Below, in pieces: positions 10,482 through 19,496 of a DNA stretch of 64,000 nucleotides. The position numbers and the translations under genes were made by a program. Every line of letters begins with the position of its first letter. Position 1 is the first letter of the stretch. The notes beneath the pieces were generated by a model. It was not told where the DNA came from. It saw only the letters and a list, made by a program, of their open reading frames with translations, and did not search any database. The stretch is from Spirochaetia bacterium. Its GTDB lineage: Bacteria > Spirochaetota > Spirochaetia > UBA9216. Location: the NCBI GenBank assembly GCA_965140585.1, contig OZ223270.1, positions 448,001-512,000 on the forward strand, written 5' to 3'.

Positions 10482-11417
10482 TCAATATACATCTGAATCA
10501 GCGAAGCGATAATGCCAATTCTTGATTAAGAATAAATCACCGGGAAGTTCTTTAAAAGGAATAACTCCAAAATAAGTACAGAACTCCTGTTCTAAGAATC
10601 CCAATTTCTCGAGAAGAAGATGTTCTTCAGAAAATAGGTTCGACCATATATTTATACTTTCGTATCCATCATTAAATACGGAGGTGCAAATTGATGTCCA
10701 TAAATGAAGCTGATCTTCAAGTCTTTCACTAAAAAAAACTTCCATAATATCAATCGATGATTGATATTCCTTATAGACAAGATTTGCAATAATTTTTTCT
10801 TTACTGGAAATCTGTAAAACCCTATAATCTTTTGGCTGCTCAATGAAACGCCATTTTATATACTCAAGGCTTCGATTCAACAGAATCCTATTATCAGAGA
10901 CCCATAGAGTATCAGTAAAATCTATATCCAACAATTCTTTATCAATCACTTTATAAACTTTCGATTCTTTTTTAAAACGAATTCTATCTAAACGAAAATT
11001 ATTTAGAATTGACAAATCCTCCCAACCCATATGTTTTCTAAATCCAAAATGTGAATTATGATTTGCATAACCATATACACCTAAAAAACCATCATGCCGT
11101 AGTTCCTGAAAAAGTTTTTCAGAAAGCATCTTAAAAAGACCTCTTCCTTGGTAATCTGGGTGAGTCATTGTCATATTAGAGTGAGCAATTAATTTTGGAC
11201 TTCCATCAATATGGATAAGCCCAGGAGATACCGCATAATATCCTGCCAGGACATCACTTTCAACACAATACGCTATATATACTTTATCAGTTACGGGGTT
11301 ATTTAAAAATCTCCATTTCCAATATGCTTCATCCAGATCCTGCTTGAAACTTGCTTGGAAAGTTTTTTGTATCATATGAAATGGAATGGTTTTCTCATTA
11401 AATAATTGTATTTCCAT
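10482..11417 (-). CDS. GNAT family N-acyltransferase
   Basis: YWKWRF..NP and THPDYQGRGLF acyl-CoA binding motif. Confidence 0.8.
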   Translation of the reverse strand: MEIQLFNEKTIPFHMIQKTFQASFKQDLDEAYWKWRFLNNPVTDKVYIAYCVESDVLAGYYAVSPGLIHIDGSPKLIAHSNMTMTHPDYQGRGLFKMLSEKLFQELRHDGFLGVYGYANHNSHFGFRKHMGWEDLSILNNFRLDRIRFKKESKVYKVIDKELLDIDFTDTLWVSDNRILLNRSLEYIKWRFIEQPKDYRVLQISSKEKIIANLVYKEYQSSIDIMEVFFSERLEDQLHLWTSICTSVFNDGYESINIWSNLFSEEHLLLEKLGFLEQEFCTYFGVIPFKELPGDLFLIKNWHYRFADSDVY

Positions 11418-11425
11418 ATTACTCC

Positions 11426-12259
11426 CTAATAGAAATAGAATCCCTGTTTGGTCTTCCTTCCCAAGAATCCATCCTCAACCATCTTAATTAATGTCTGATG
11501 AGGCATAAATCTTCTATCTTGCGTCTCCGAATACAGCTCCTGAAGAATCTGAAGTGTTATATCATTTCCAATATAGTCACTTAATTCAAGCGGACCCATC
11601 GGAACATTCGTACCTAATTTCATTGCTTCGTCGATATCCTGTGCATTGATCTTTGAAGTATAAAAAAACTCTATCGCAAAGTTAATATAGTTAAATAAGA
11701 GATTATTTACGATATATCCCTGAATAGGCGGGAGCTCAATTACCTTTTTATCATCAAAAGAGGATAAAAATTTATAAATCCTTTGCTTTACATCATTTAC
11801 GTTTTCTTTCAAAAAAGACAACTCAATTAATTTCATTTTTGTTGGGGGATTAAAGAAGTGAATACCTAAGAATCTGTCACGTGAAAAAAATCCACCTAAT
11901 TTTTCTAATGACAGACTTGAAGTTGTTGATGCAAGAATGGCATTCTCTTTTAATACAGATTTTAATTGGATATAAATTTTCTGTTTTGTTTCATACCTTT
12001 CTTTGGTTGATTCAATTACTAAATCAACTTCATGTAAATCATTTAAATTGGTAGTGAAGTCGACTCTCTTAATAATTTGCTCAAACACTTCAAAGGATAT
12101 TCTATTATATTTTACCTTCTTCTCAATATTCTCAATAAATTCTGACTGCTTTTTCTCAATATTTCTGAAATTATATGCTATGACATGTATTTTCTTCTCA
12201 GCCAAATATTCAACTAATTTAATGCCGATTGTTCCCAACCCAACTACACCAATTAACAT
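11426..12259 (-). CDS. hbd: 3-hydroxybutyryl/3-hydroxyacyl-CoA dehydrogenase
   Basis: GLGTIG, STTSSL, GIHFFNP, PMGP..L.D.IG.D, GRKT..GFY. Confidence 0.85.
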   Translation of the reverse strand: MLIGVVGLGTIGIKLVEYLAEKKIHVIAYNFRNIEKKQSEFIENIEKKVKYNRISFEVFEQIIKRVDFTTNLNDLHEVDLVIESTKERYETKQKIYIQLKSVLKENAILASTTSSLSLEKLGGFFSRDRFLGIHFFNPPTKMKLIELSFLKENVNDVKQRIYKFLSSFDDKKVIELPPIQGYIVNNLLFNYINFAIEFFYTSKINAQDIDEAMKLGTNVPMGPLELSDYIGNDITLQILQELYSETQDRRFMPHQTLIKMVEDGFLGRKTKQGFYFY

Positions 12260-12328
12260 ATTAAATCCTCCTGAACATAAATACTACTTACTCTATGATA
12301 AATGAGCCTTACAGAATTTTACGAAAAA

Positions 12329-13333
12329 TTATAAATTGATCATCTCATCCTTAGTAAAATCTCTATTTGCAACTCGTCCTAATACCTTAGCCCAAAGCAT
12401 TGGAGAAAGTCCTGTACCAGGTCTTTTAGTTGTAATATTATTTTCAGAAAAAACATCTCCTTTTTTTATATCACATATAGCTGTAATGCTTTTTCTTGCA
12501 ACTAAGGCATTTCTTTTCTCAGCTTCAGTACACTTTTTTATTTGAGATCCCATTCCTTTTTCAATGTTTCTTATTGCATTAACCATTATTTTTAATTCAT
12601 CAGGATTTAAACTTGCTTTATGATCTGGTCCACTCAATGTGTTATCAATCGTTATATGCTTTTCAATTACTTCAGCACCTAAAGCAACAGCAGCTATTGG
12701 AAATTCTATACCCAACGTATGATCTGAATATCCAACTTGCAGTGCAAAAGCCTGTTTTAAAGTCTTCAAGACATTAAGATTTACATCCGCAGGCTGTGTT
12801 GGATATTCTGTATTACAATGCATAATGATAATTTTATTTCTATCTGTACCGTATGAAGTTAAAACATCAATCGCATGTTCAATTTCTGATAAAGTAGACA
12901 TTCCTGTCGACATTATAATTTTTTCATTATATTGAGCTATTTTCCTTAAATATGGAAAGTTTGTTATTTCTCCTGATGGAATTTTCCAGAATGGTAGATT
13001 AAGTCCTTTTAGAAATTCAACTGAATCAAGGTCAAAAGCCGATGAACAAAATTGTATTCTATGATTATTACAATAATCAATTAACTCGAAATGCTGTTCT
13101 TGTGACAGAACCAACTTTTTTAACATATTTAGTTGTGTATCATTTTTTCCTGTATTCTTTTTTTGATAATCAGCCATTTTTGCAGATGAAGATGTTAATA
13201 GCTCAGGAACAAAAGTTTGAAATTTAATAAAATCGACACCCGCTTCTTCTGCTGCACATATTAATTCCTTTGCAAGTCCTATTTCACCATTATGATTAAC
13301 ACCTGCTTCAGCAATAATCAAAGTTTTTTTCAT
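12329..13333 (-). CDS. neuB: Nonulosonic acid synthase (NeuB/LegI)
   Basis: IAEAGVNHNG, KIPSGEITN, GYSDHT, GPDHKASL, C-terminal SAF domain KRPG.G.SP. Confidence 0.95.
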   Translation of the reverse strand: MKKTLIIAEAGVNHNGEIGLAKELICAAEEAGVDFIKFQTFVPELLTSSSAKMADYQKKNTGKNDTQLNMLKKLVLSQEQHFELIDYCNNHRIQFCSSAFDLDSVEFLKGLNLPFWKIPSGEITNFPYLRKIAQYNEKIIMSTGMSTLSEIEHAIDVLTSYGTDRNKIIIMHCNTEYPTQPADVNLNVLKTLKQAFALQVGYSDHTLGIEFPIAAVALGAEVIEKHITIDNTLSGPDHKASLNPDELKIMVNAIRNIEKGMGSQIKKCTEAEKRNALVARKSITAICDIKKGDVFSENNITTKRPGTGLSPMLWAKVLGRVANRDFTKDEMINL

Positions 13334-13974
13334 TATTTAATTTTCCTTGCCGGATTACCCAAATAAACTCCGGGGGTTTTTATTGTTTTCGTCACAACGG
13401 CACCCATGCCTATCAATGTATTATCCGGAATCCTAATTCCATTTCTTAAAATAGCCCCCGTACCAATCATACAATTATTCCCAATAGAACAATCACCATT
13501 TATAACAGCACCTGTAGAAATATGACAAAAATTACCAATTTTCACATCATGTTCAAGAAGAGCATTGCTATTTATTATACAATTCTTCCCAACTGATACT
13601 TCTGCATTAATTATAGCTCCAGAAAGAACAACTGACCCAACGCCTATCTTTGAATGTTTACTAACAACAGAAGAACTGGAGTGTATAACCGGAAGATCTG
13701 CATTTAAATAAATTAGTTTCTCGAATAGGCTAGAGCGAATAATATTATCAGCCTTAATTTGACCTATTGTAATAAAAAAGGAGAATCCCTTTCTAACGTA
13801 ATCTTTAATCTCGTTATCTGTTCCTATAATATTATAACCGAGAATATTGTTACCAATTTTTTCAGGAACATCTAAAATACCAATTATTTTAAATAGATCC
13901 GTACCTTCAATTACCTCTATACAAGACTTACAGTGTCCCCCACCGCCGATTAATATTAAATTTTTCATATGCAT
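13333..13974 (-). CDS. neuD: NeuD/LegH hexapeptide-repeat acetyltransferase
   Basis: GGGGH N-terminus, EHD motif, left-handed beta-helix repeats, GNPAR. Confidence 0.9.
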   Translation of the reverse strand: MHMKNLILIGGGGHCKSCIEVIEGTDLFKIIGILDVPEKIGNNILGYNIIGTDNEIKDYVRKGFSFFITIGQIKADNIIRSSLFEKLIYLNADLPVIHSSSSVVSKHSKIGVGSVVLSGAIINAEVSVGKNCIINSNALLEHDVKIGNFCHISTGAVINGDCSIGNNCMIGTGAILRNGIRIPDNTLIGMGAVVTKTIKTPGVYLGNPARKIK

Positions 13975-15107
13975 GAACTTGGAATATTAACAAGGCAATC
14001 TTCCAGAATTTTTGAATTTATACTATCATTTAAAGGTTTTGTCTTATATATATCTAACTCATTCATTAAAGTCCAAACTGGTCTGGTCATTACGCCATTT
14101 GAATTAGAATATTCAAGAAAAGCCTCTCTTTCTTCTTTTGTTTTAAACTTGATTGCATTAAGCCAGTAATTCGATTTAGTACCTTCACGTTCTGTTATAA
14201 AATCTATTCTTTCAGAGTCAAAAAAAGTTTTATATTTTAGAGCAATTTCTCTTTTCGTTTTAATCATTTCAGGAAGACACTCTACCTGTGCACACCCAAG
14301 CGCCGCATTAATATTCGGCATTCTATAATTAAACCCTATCATATCATGCCGAAATTCCCAACGATGAGGAATCTTTGCTGTTGTAGTAATATGTTTTGCC
14401 AGATGTCCAAACGACTCATCATTAGTAATTATCATCCCACCGCCACCGGTAGTAATAGTTTTATTTCCATTGAAACTAAGAATTCCACACCTTCCAAATA
14501 ATCCTGTATGAATTTCCCCTGAATAACTTCCGATTGATTCCGCTGCATCTTCAACTAAAGAAAGTCCCCATTCGTCACAGATCTCTTTTATCTCCTCAAT
14601 CCTTACAGGATGTCCGAATGTATGCATTGGAACACATGCTGAAACTATTCTGCCAGTTTTTTGATTAACAATATCGGAATTTTCTTTTTTACAGTTATCT
14701 TCTAGGAATTTTCTCAAAGAATATGGCGACATACCCATTGTATCTATATCGACATCGACAAAAACCGGAGATGCTCCACAGTATGAAATAGCATTACAAG
14801 TAGCAATAAAGGTCAATGGCTGTGTAATAACTTCATTTCCAGGTTTAACTCCAACAAGATGAAGTGCTGCATGCAAAGCTGATGTACCATTTACAACTGC
14901 AACCGCCTTTTTGGCACCTGTAAATTTCTGAACATCCATTTCAAATTGATCTACAAATTTTCCAACAGATGAAACAAATGTAGAATCAATGCATTCATTT
15001 AAATACCGCTTCTCATTTCCATTAAAAACAGGAACATGAAGAGGGATATATTCTTCGGTATTATAAATTTCTCTAATAAAATTTATAATTTTTTTGAAAT
15101 CAACCAT
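13965..15107 (-). CDS. legC: LegC family PLP-dependent aminotransferase
   Basis: IPLH.P.F.GNE, VSSVG..V, EDAAES.GS, SFNGNK.ITTGGGG. Confidence 0.93.
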   Translation of the reverse strand: MVDFKKIINFIREIYNTEEYIPLHVPVFNGNEKRYLNECIDSTFVSSVGKFVDQFEMDVQKFTGAKKAVAVVNGTSALHAALHLVGVKPGNEVITQPLTFIATCNAISYCGASPVFVDVDIDTMGMSPYSLRKFLEDNCKKENSDIVNQKTGRIVSACVPMHTFGHPVRIEEIKEICDEWGLSLVEDAAESIGSYSGEIHTGLFGRCGILSFNGNKTITTGGGGMIITNDESFGHLAKHITTTAKIPHRWEFRHDMIGFNYRMPNINAALGCAQVECLPEMIKTKREIALKYKTFFDSERIDFITEREGTKSNYWLNAIKFKTKEEREAFLEYSNSNGVMTRPVWTLMNELDIYKTKPLNDSINSKILEDCLVNIPSSCI

Positions 15108-15115
15108 TTATATAC

Positions 15116-16303
15116 CTACATCTTATTATCAAGATTTTTTCCGGTTTCATTATGCCCAAAATTAGAGACTATTGAGGTAAATAGATCTATAAAATCTTTT
15201 TTATCCCAATTCTCGCTTACTCTTATTTTTTCAATCCCGGAAAGAAAATTTTCCAGTTCTTTTTGATTTTTTCTATTCGAATTTTTAACAATACCAAGAG
15301 TTTCAAATCTATTGAAATCAACAGACTCTTTATCAGTATAAAACTCTTCAAAATCCTTCTCGCCTGTTGTATCTGATGATGAAAAGAAACAGGGCCAGGT
15401 TCCATCATTCTTTTTTTCTAAAGCAATTTTTCTGGCTTCATCCTCTGTTTTACAGATTTCTGGAGTCAATCCCCTTGCCTGAAGGTATTTCTCTGCAATT
15501 GATGAAAATGTAACAAGATTCAAATCACTGCTTAGTTTTGGAAAAAAGATATCTCCATTATCACCTAAAATGGTGGACATAAGACAGAGCTGACCTGCTT
15601 CTTCAGGAATTACAAAATATCGTCTTACATCATTCGGAGCAGCGATTGGCTGATTCTTTAAAATCCTTTGACTAAAACCATGAAGTAAACTACCATCAGA
15701 AAAAGCCACATTTGCAAATCTGGCAGTGGATATCTTTATTCCTTTACTTTTTTCAATAAGAAACATTTCCATTATACGTTTCGAAGCACCCATCATATTA
15801 ACCGGGTTTGCAGCCTTGTCCGTTGATACACAAAAATATTTTTTTGCACCTTGTTTTATAGCAAGATCAATAGTTTTAATTGTATTAATAATATTGGTAT
15901 CTACCATTCGCATGAGGGTATAAGGATCTTTTTCACTGCGCACATGTTTTAATGCCGAAAGGTTCAAAACATAATCATATGGTCCTTCGATTTTAATCAT
16001 TTTTTCAAAGGCAACAGATCCACAATCAAGAGCAAAAGTTTTAAAATCACCAGAAATGTATCCAAATGAACTTCGAATATCACGAACAAGTTCAACGAGA
16101 TTATTTTCACTTATATCAACAACATGTAGAAGCTTAGGATTTCTTTTAAAAATTTCCTTTACAACAGCTTGTCCTATAGAACCTGCACCACCTATTACTA
16201 AAAACCTTGATTTTTTTACTTCATCAGTAAGAAATTCTTCATTAGAAATAACATCATTTTTTAATAAAGGTTTGGTTCGACCAATTATGTTTAAGATATC
16301 CAT
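15116..16303 (-). CDS. legB: NDP-GlcNAc 4,6-dehydratase (LegB)
   Basis: GGAGSIG, LSALKHVRSEKDP, STDKAANPVNMMGASK, RFANVAFSDGSL. Confidence 0.92.
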   Translation of the reverse strand: MDILNIIGRTKPLLKNDVISNEEFLTDEVKKSRFLVIGGAGSIGQAVVKEIFKRNPKLLHVVDISENNLVELVRDIRSSFGYISGDFKTFALDCGSVAFEKMIKIEGPYDYVLNLSALKHVRSEKDPYTLMRMVDTNIINTIKTIDLAIKQGAKKYFCVSTDKAANPVNMMGASKRIMEMFLIEKSKGIKISTARFANVAFSDGSLLHGFSQRILKNQPIAAPNDVRRYFVIPEEAGQLCLMSTILGDNGDIFFPKLSSDLNLVTFSSIAEKYLQARGLTPEICKTEDEARKIALEKKNDGTWPCFFSSSDTTGEKDFEEFYTDKESVDFNRFETLGIVKNSNRKNQKELENFLSGIEKIRVSENWDKKDFIDLFTSIVSNFGHNETGKNLDNKM

Positions 16304-16334
16304 TTATTTACCTTATTTATTGTTTTTCCATTCT

Positions 16335-16841
16335 TTAAACAAAAACATCCTGCAGAAAAGTCACACCCTGCTTCTTCTCAGCATTATCTGGTATATAACT
16401 TTCCGCATATAGCCTGAATGTTTTTTCATTTATATCATGATCATTCCGGATTAATTTCAACCCGGATTTTATACATGCATACTCTACAATAAAATCAATA
16501 TCACTTGCTCCGACCAGAACTATACTTTCATACCCGGTTGCCTTTATACCACCTATAAGTGTCTCAATCTTATCCCGGTAGTCAGCAACGTTCTTAAGTG
16601 TCCGCTTGAAATACTTATAGCTGCGTCTGGTAATCTCTTCAACACCGGAGGGTGTAACAACATATCGGATATTCCTGTTATTAACCTTCTTGACCATCAG
16701 CCAGCCCTTCTGAACAAGACGTTTTAGGATAGCGTTAGTCATCCCGAGTGACAGCTCTGATGTTCTGGCAAGCTCACGCTGGCTTAGTGGAGTTGAGGTG
16801 TTATGAATACTGTTTAAAATTTCTATTTCTTTTTCGTTCAA
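16335..16841 (-). CDS. MarR-type winged-helix regulator, EPS-associated
   Basis: SQRELA...LSLGMTN.ILKRL..KG, YVVTP.G; heads the polysaccharide operon. Confidence 0.85.
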   Translation of the reverse strand: MNEKEIEILNSIHNTSTPLSQRELARTSELSLGMTNAILKRLVQKGWLMVKKVNNRNIRYVVTPSGVEEITRRSYKYFKRTLKNVADYRDKIETLIGGIKATGYESIVLVGASDIDFIVEYACIKSGLKLIRNDHDINEKTFRLYAESYIPDNAEKKQGVTFLQDVFV

Positions 16842-16852
16842 GGTATTATTCT

Positions 16853-17000
16853 AAACCTAAATACTTCAGCATTTAGGTTTTACCATAAGTATAAAGAAGT
16901 AATTTTAAAAAAATTACTTCAAACTAAAAATGACTACTAATCGAGTAGTCATTTTTAGTCAGGCACAATGAGTCCTTCCATTTTTGATTATAAAATGGAA
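16853..17000. repeat. Four tandem perfect inverted repeats
   Basis: aaacctaaat/atttaggttt (16853-16880), gaagtaattt/aaattacttc (16896-16920), actaaaaatgactact/agtagtcatttttagt (16923-16959), ttccatttt/aaaatggaa (16976-17000). Confidence 0.85.
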
Positions 17001-17085
17001 AATATATATGGACCCAATTCTGTGCATTCGCCGCCGAAACAGACTGATATGAAATGAGAACTGGTATGTTTCTGTCATCGGTTAG

Positions 17086-17196
17086 TGTTCGATGTATGAA
17101 CAATTATACCGCAATACAGGTCGATTTCAATAGAATTCGGATTAATATTCGGCTGAATTTACACATATCAATAAGAAATTGTTCGAATGCTGAACA
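17086..17196. promoter_or_regulatory. Two palindromic TGTTC-N7-GAACA candidate operators
   Basis: TGTTCGATGTATGAACA at 17086-17102 and TGTTCGAATGCTGAACA at 17180-17196. Confidence 0.5.
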
Positions 17197-17210
17197 TAAA
17201 TTTAGGAGTT

Positions 17211-17509
17211 TTATTCAGAATAAAAGATTTGTCCAATTCGATCGATATGATCAATTAGATCTTTATTATCAATATGCTCCATTACTGAAATATCTATCTT
17301 ATAAGGAAGCATCAAGTTCTCCAGCTCTTCATCAATTTGAAAGAGAATATCAGTAGAAAGTCCATTTCCAATTAAAGTAAGATCTATATCTGAGACGGTA
17401 TGAAACGTACCCTTGGATCTGGAGCCATAGATTAAAACTTTTTTTACTTGCGAGAATTATTAAAAAAACTCTGGATTTGAAGAATAGTATCTTCTTTTAA
17501 GCCAAACAT
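17211..17509 (-). pseudogene. Minimal nucleotidyltransferase (MNT), frameshifted
   Basis: MFGLKEDTILQIQS / VKKVLIYGSRSKG..SDIDL...LPYKIDI...DHIDRIG; single frameshift at or near a T7 run around 17462-17468. Confidence 0.85.
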
Positions 17510-17516
17510 TTTTAGA

Positions 17517-17940
17517 TTATTTTTCCTGCTCTGCTAATAAGCGCATCTTCTTCAACAACTTTTCAAATTCATCATAAAAATTCTGAACCACAACTTCAAT
17601 AATGTCTTCAGCGTTTTTTTTCATTATATGTATGCAAACTTTGATTCCTGCTTTGAATCATCTTCATCCAGGACTCACCATCCTCGATAAGACCATAGCT
17701 GAAGGCCTCTCTTACCGCATCTTTAGAACCAAAAATCTGTTTATTACCTCGATAATTAAAAAAATCTTTTATTGTATTCCATGCCAGTTCGTGAGTAAAT
17801 TCAAAAGACTGAATAAGACCCTGTTTTTCAAGATCACTTAATTCTCTTATTTGAGATAATTTTACCGCATTTTCGAGCTGTTTAAGAGCTTTAATATAAC
17901 TGTCCAGACTCTGAATCCAGCGGATATCTTTATTATCCAT
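17517..17940 (-). pseudogene. HEPN nucleotidyltransferase substrate-binding protein (HI0074-like), frameshifted
   Basis: DIRWIQ, GLIQSFEFTHELAW, RNQSLHTY; an A8 run truncates it and A7 restores NAEDIIEVVVQNFYDEF...QEK*. Confidence 0.85.
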
Positions 17941-17947
17941 TGATTTT

Positions 17948-18188
17948 AATATTATAAAACAAACCTTTTCCATTCAAGCTGACAACCCTGAAAATTCAGC
18001 AGATACCCCACTTTGCAGCCGGCGATGTGCAAATAATTGATTAACGCTGATTCGCGAACTTGCCTTGTCCTTGAAAATAAGAAAACGGATAGTAAAATGA
18101 AAAATCTGCAGGAGGAGTATACTAACTATTTCCCTAATCTCTGCCTGCCATTACCCTATACAAATCAGTGTTTTCAGTGGCAAATACC
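17948..18188 (-). repeat. GxxExxY-linked repeat, copy A (internally deleted)
   Basis: Near-identical to 18971-19108 joined to 19319-19462. Confidence 0.9.
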
Positions 18189-18240
18189 ATTCTGACAATA
18201 CTTCACAAAAGAATCTGTTATTATATAAATTCCGTTTTGA

Positions 18241-18648
18241 TTATCCTTTTACATCCTTCAAAGCAATTTTGAGATTTTTACAGGTTCTTATGAATATATC
18301 TTCTGAAAAAATAAGCATTGATTGAATCTCAATTTTTTCCGGAAGAAATTTATCGGAAATCGGGTATGCTTCAGATAGATGATAATCTGTTGCAATACCT
18401 AATTTTCTGACCTCTTCTTCAGAAAAATTCAGTTCACTTTCAAAATCATTATAAATTTCCAATAAATCATGTGTCTTTAAAACTTTTTTATTTTTATATG
18501 CGTAGTAGGTTTTTAAGGTTATTTCAATCGCGTAATGTATCTCTATAGCGATTATATCTGTAAAATGATCTGCATTCAGTAAAAGTTTTGCCGAACTAAG
18601 GTGATGCCAGGCCTTTATCAGCCATTCTTTAGCCGCTGTTTCGTTCAT
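18241..18648 (-). CDS. HEPN domain protein
   Basis: AKEWL.KA..L.SA, H.AIE..LK, KTHDL, YP; overlaps the upstream MNT gene. Confidence 0.85.
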   Translation of the reverse strand: MNETAAKEWLIKAWHHLSSAKLLLNADHFTDIIAIEIHYAIEITLKTYYAYKNKKVLKTHDLLEIYNDFESELNFSEEEVRKLGIATDYHLSEAYPISDKFLPEKIEIQSMLIFSEDIFIRTCKNLKIALKDVKG

Positions 18649-18964
18649 AAAGAATCTTTCCATTCTGAAGAATGTCTATCTTATAAAAATAATCTTTACG
18701 ATTTAAAATTTTTACCGGGTCATCTGATAAAATATCAAACCCTATTTCATATTTTTTTATCAGTTTTCTAAGATTTAATCTGGCATCGACTCTGTAAGTT
18801 CTGGCTTTTTCGGCTGACAGATTTCCTTTTAGAAGCATAAGATCAATATCACTGTCATCATTCGGAGAGCCATTTGCATAACTGCCGAAAAGTATTATCT
18901 TTTCAGGATCCAAAGATTTGAGACTTTCTATGATTTCAGGCTTAATTTTTTCAATATCAACCAT
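18629..18964 (-). CDS. Minimal nucleotidyltransferase (MNT)
   Basis: PEKIILFGSYANG.....SDIDL, C-terminal G.ILYE; start reassigned to ATG at 18964. Confidence 0.9.
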   Translation of the reverse strand: MVDIEKIKPEIIESLKSLDPEKIILFGSYANGSPNDDSDIDLMLLKGNLSAEKARTYRVDARLNLRKLIKKYEIGFDILSDDPVKILNRKDYFYKIDILQNGKILYERNSG

Positions 18965-18970
18965 AATCTG

Positions 18971-19462
18971 AATATTATAAAACAAACCTTTTCCATTCAA
19001 GCTGACAGCCCTGAAAATTGAGCAGATAACCCACTTTACAGCCAGCGATATGCAGATAATTGATTAACTGTGCTGAATGCGCCTCTGAGAACTGTTTAAC
19101 CGACTTTAGTTCAAGAATAACCTTGTTTTCATTAACAAGGTCCGCAAAATACTCACCCACACGGTTACCCTTGTATTCAACATTATAGGGCACATTGTCC
19201 CCAACCGATAACCTTATAACTTAAATCTTTGTACAGAACCATATCTGCCTCCTGCATTTTTATACAGAAGACACAGATCCGCTTTTCTGATTCTCAAGGA
19301 TGAGCGTAAATCAGCAACGCTGATTCGCGAACTTGCCTTGTCCTTGAAAATAAGAAAACTGATAGTAAAATGAAAAATCTGCAGGAGGAATATACTAACT
19401 ATTGCTCTAATAGCTGCCAGCCATTACCCTATATATACCAGTGTTTTCAGTGGCCAAATAAC
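18971..19462 (-). repeat. GxxExxY-linked repeat, copy B, containing a ~140-nt imperfect stem-loop (19248-19388)
   Basis: Nested arms cctcctgca/tgcaggagg, ttttctgattctcaagga/tccttgaaaataagaaaa, aatcagc/gctgatt. Confidence 0.85.
18975..19242 (-). pseudogene. GxxExxY family protein, internally deleted
   Basis: AGGAGG RBS then MVLYKDLSYKVIG, jumping out of frame to ..YKGNRVGEYFADLVNENKVILELKSV...AQLINYL...GYLLNF; the GxxExxY motif segment is missing. Confidence 0.85.
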
Positions 19463-19496
19463 CGTAAACTCTGAGAGCTGCTACAATAGACTATAT

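Noticed and set aside
16853-17000. CRISPR-like or transposon terminal repeats
   Set aside because: The four palindromes are unrelated in sequence; no spacer periodicity and no transposase
17054-17356. 100-aa plus-strand ORF
   Set aside because: Shadow of the frameshifted MNT on the minus strand and of regulatory DNA; no recognisable motifs
17948-19462. Integron attC array or CRISPR array interpretation of the repeats
   Set aside because: No integrase or cas genes; only two long copies; the GTT at the deletion junction is at the hairpin apex rather than at attC R-box positions
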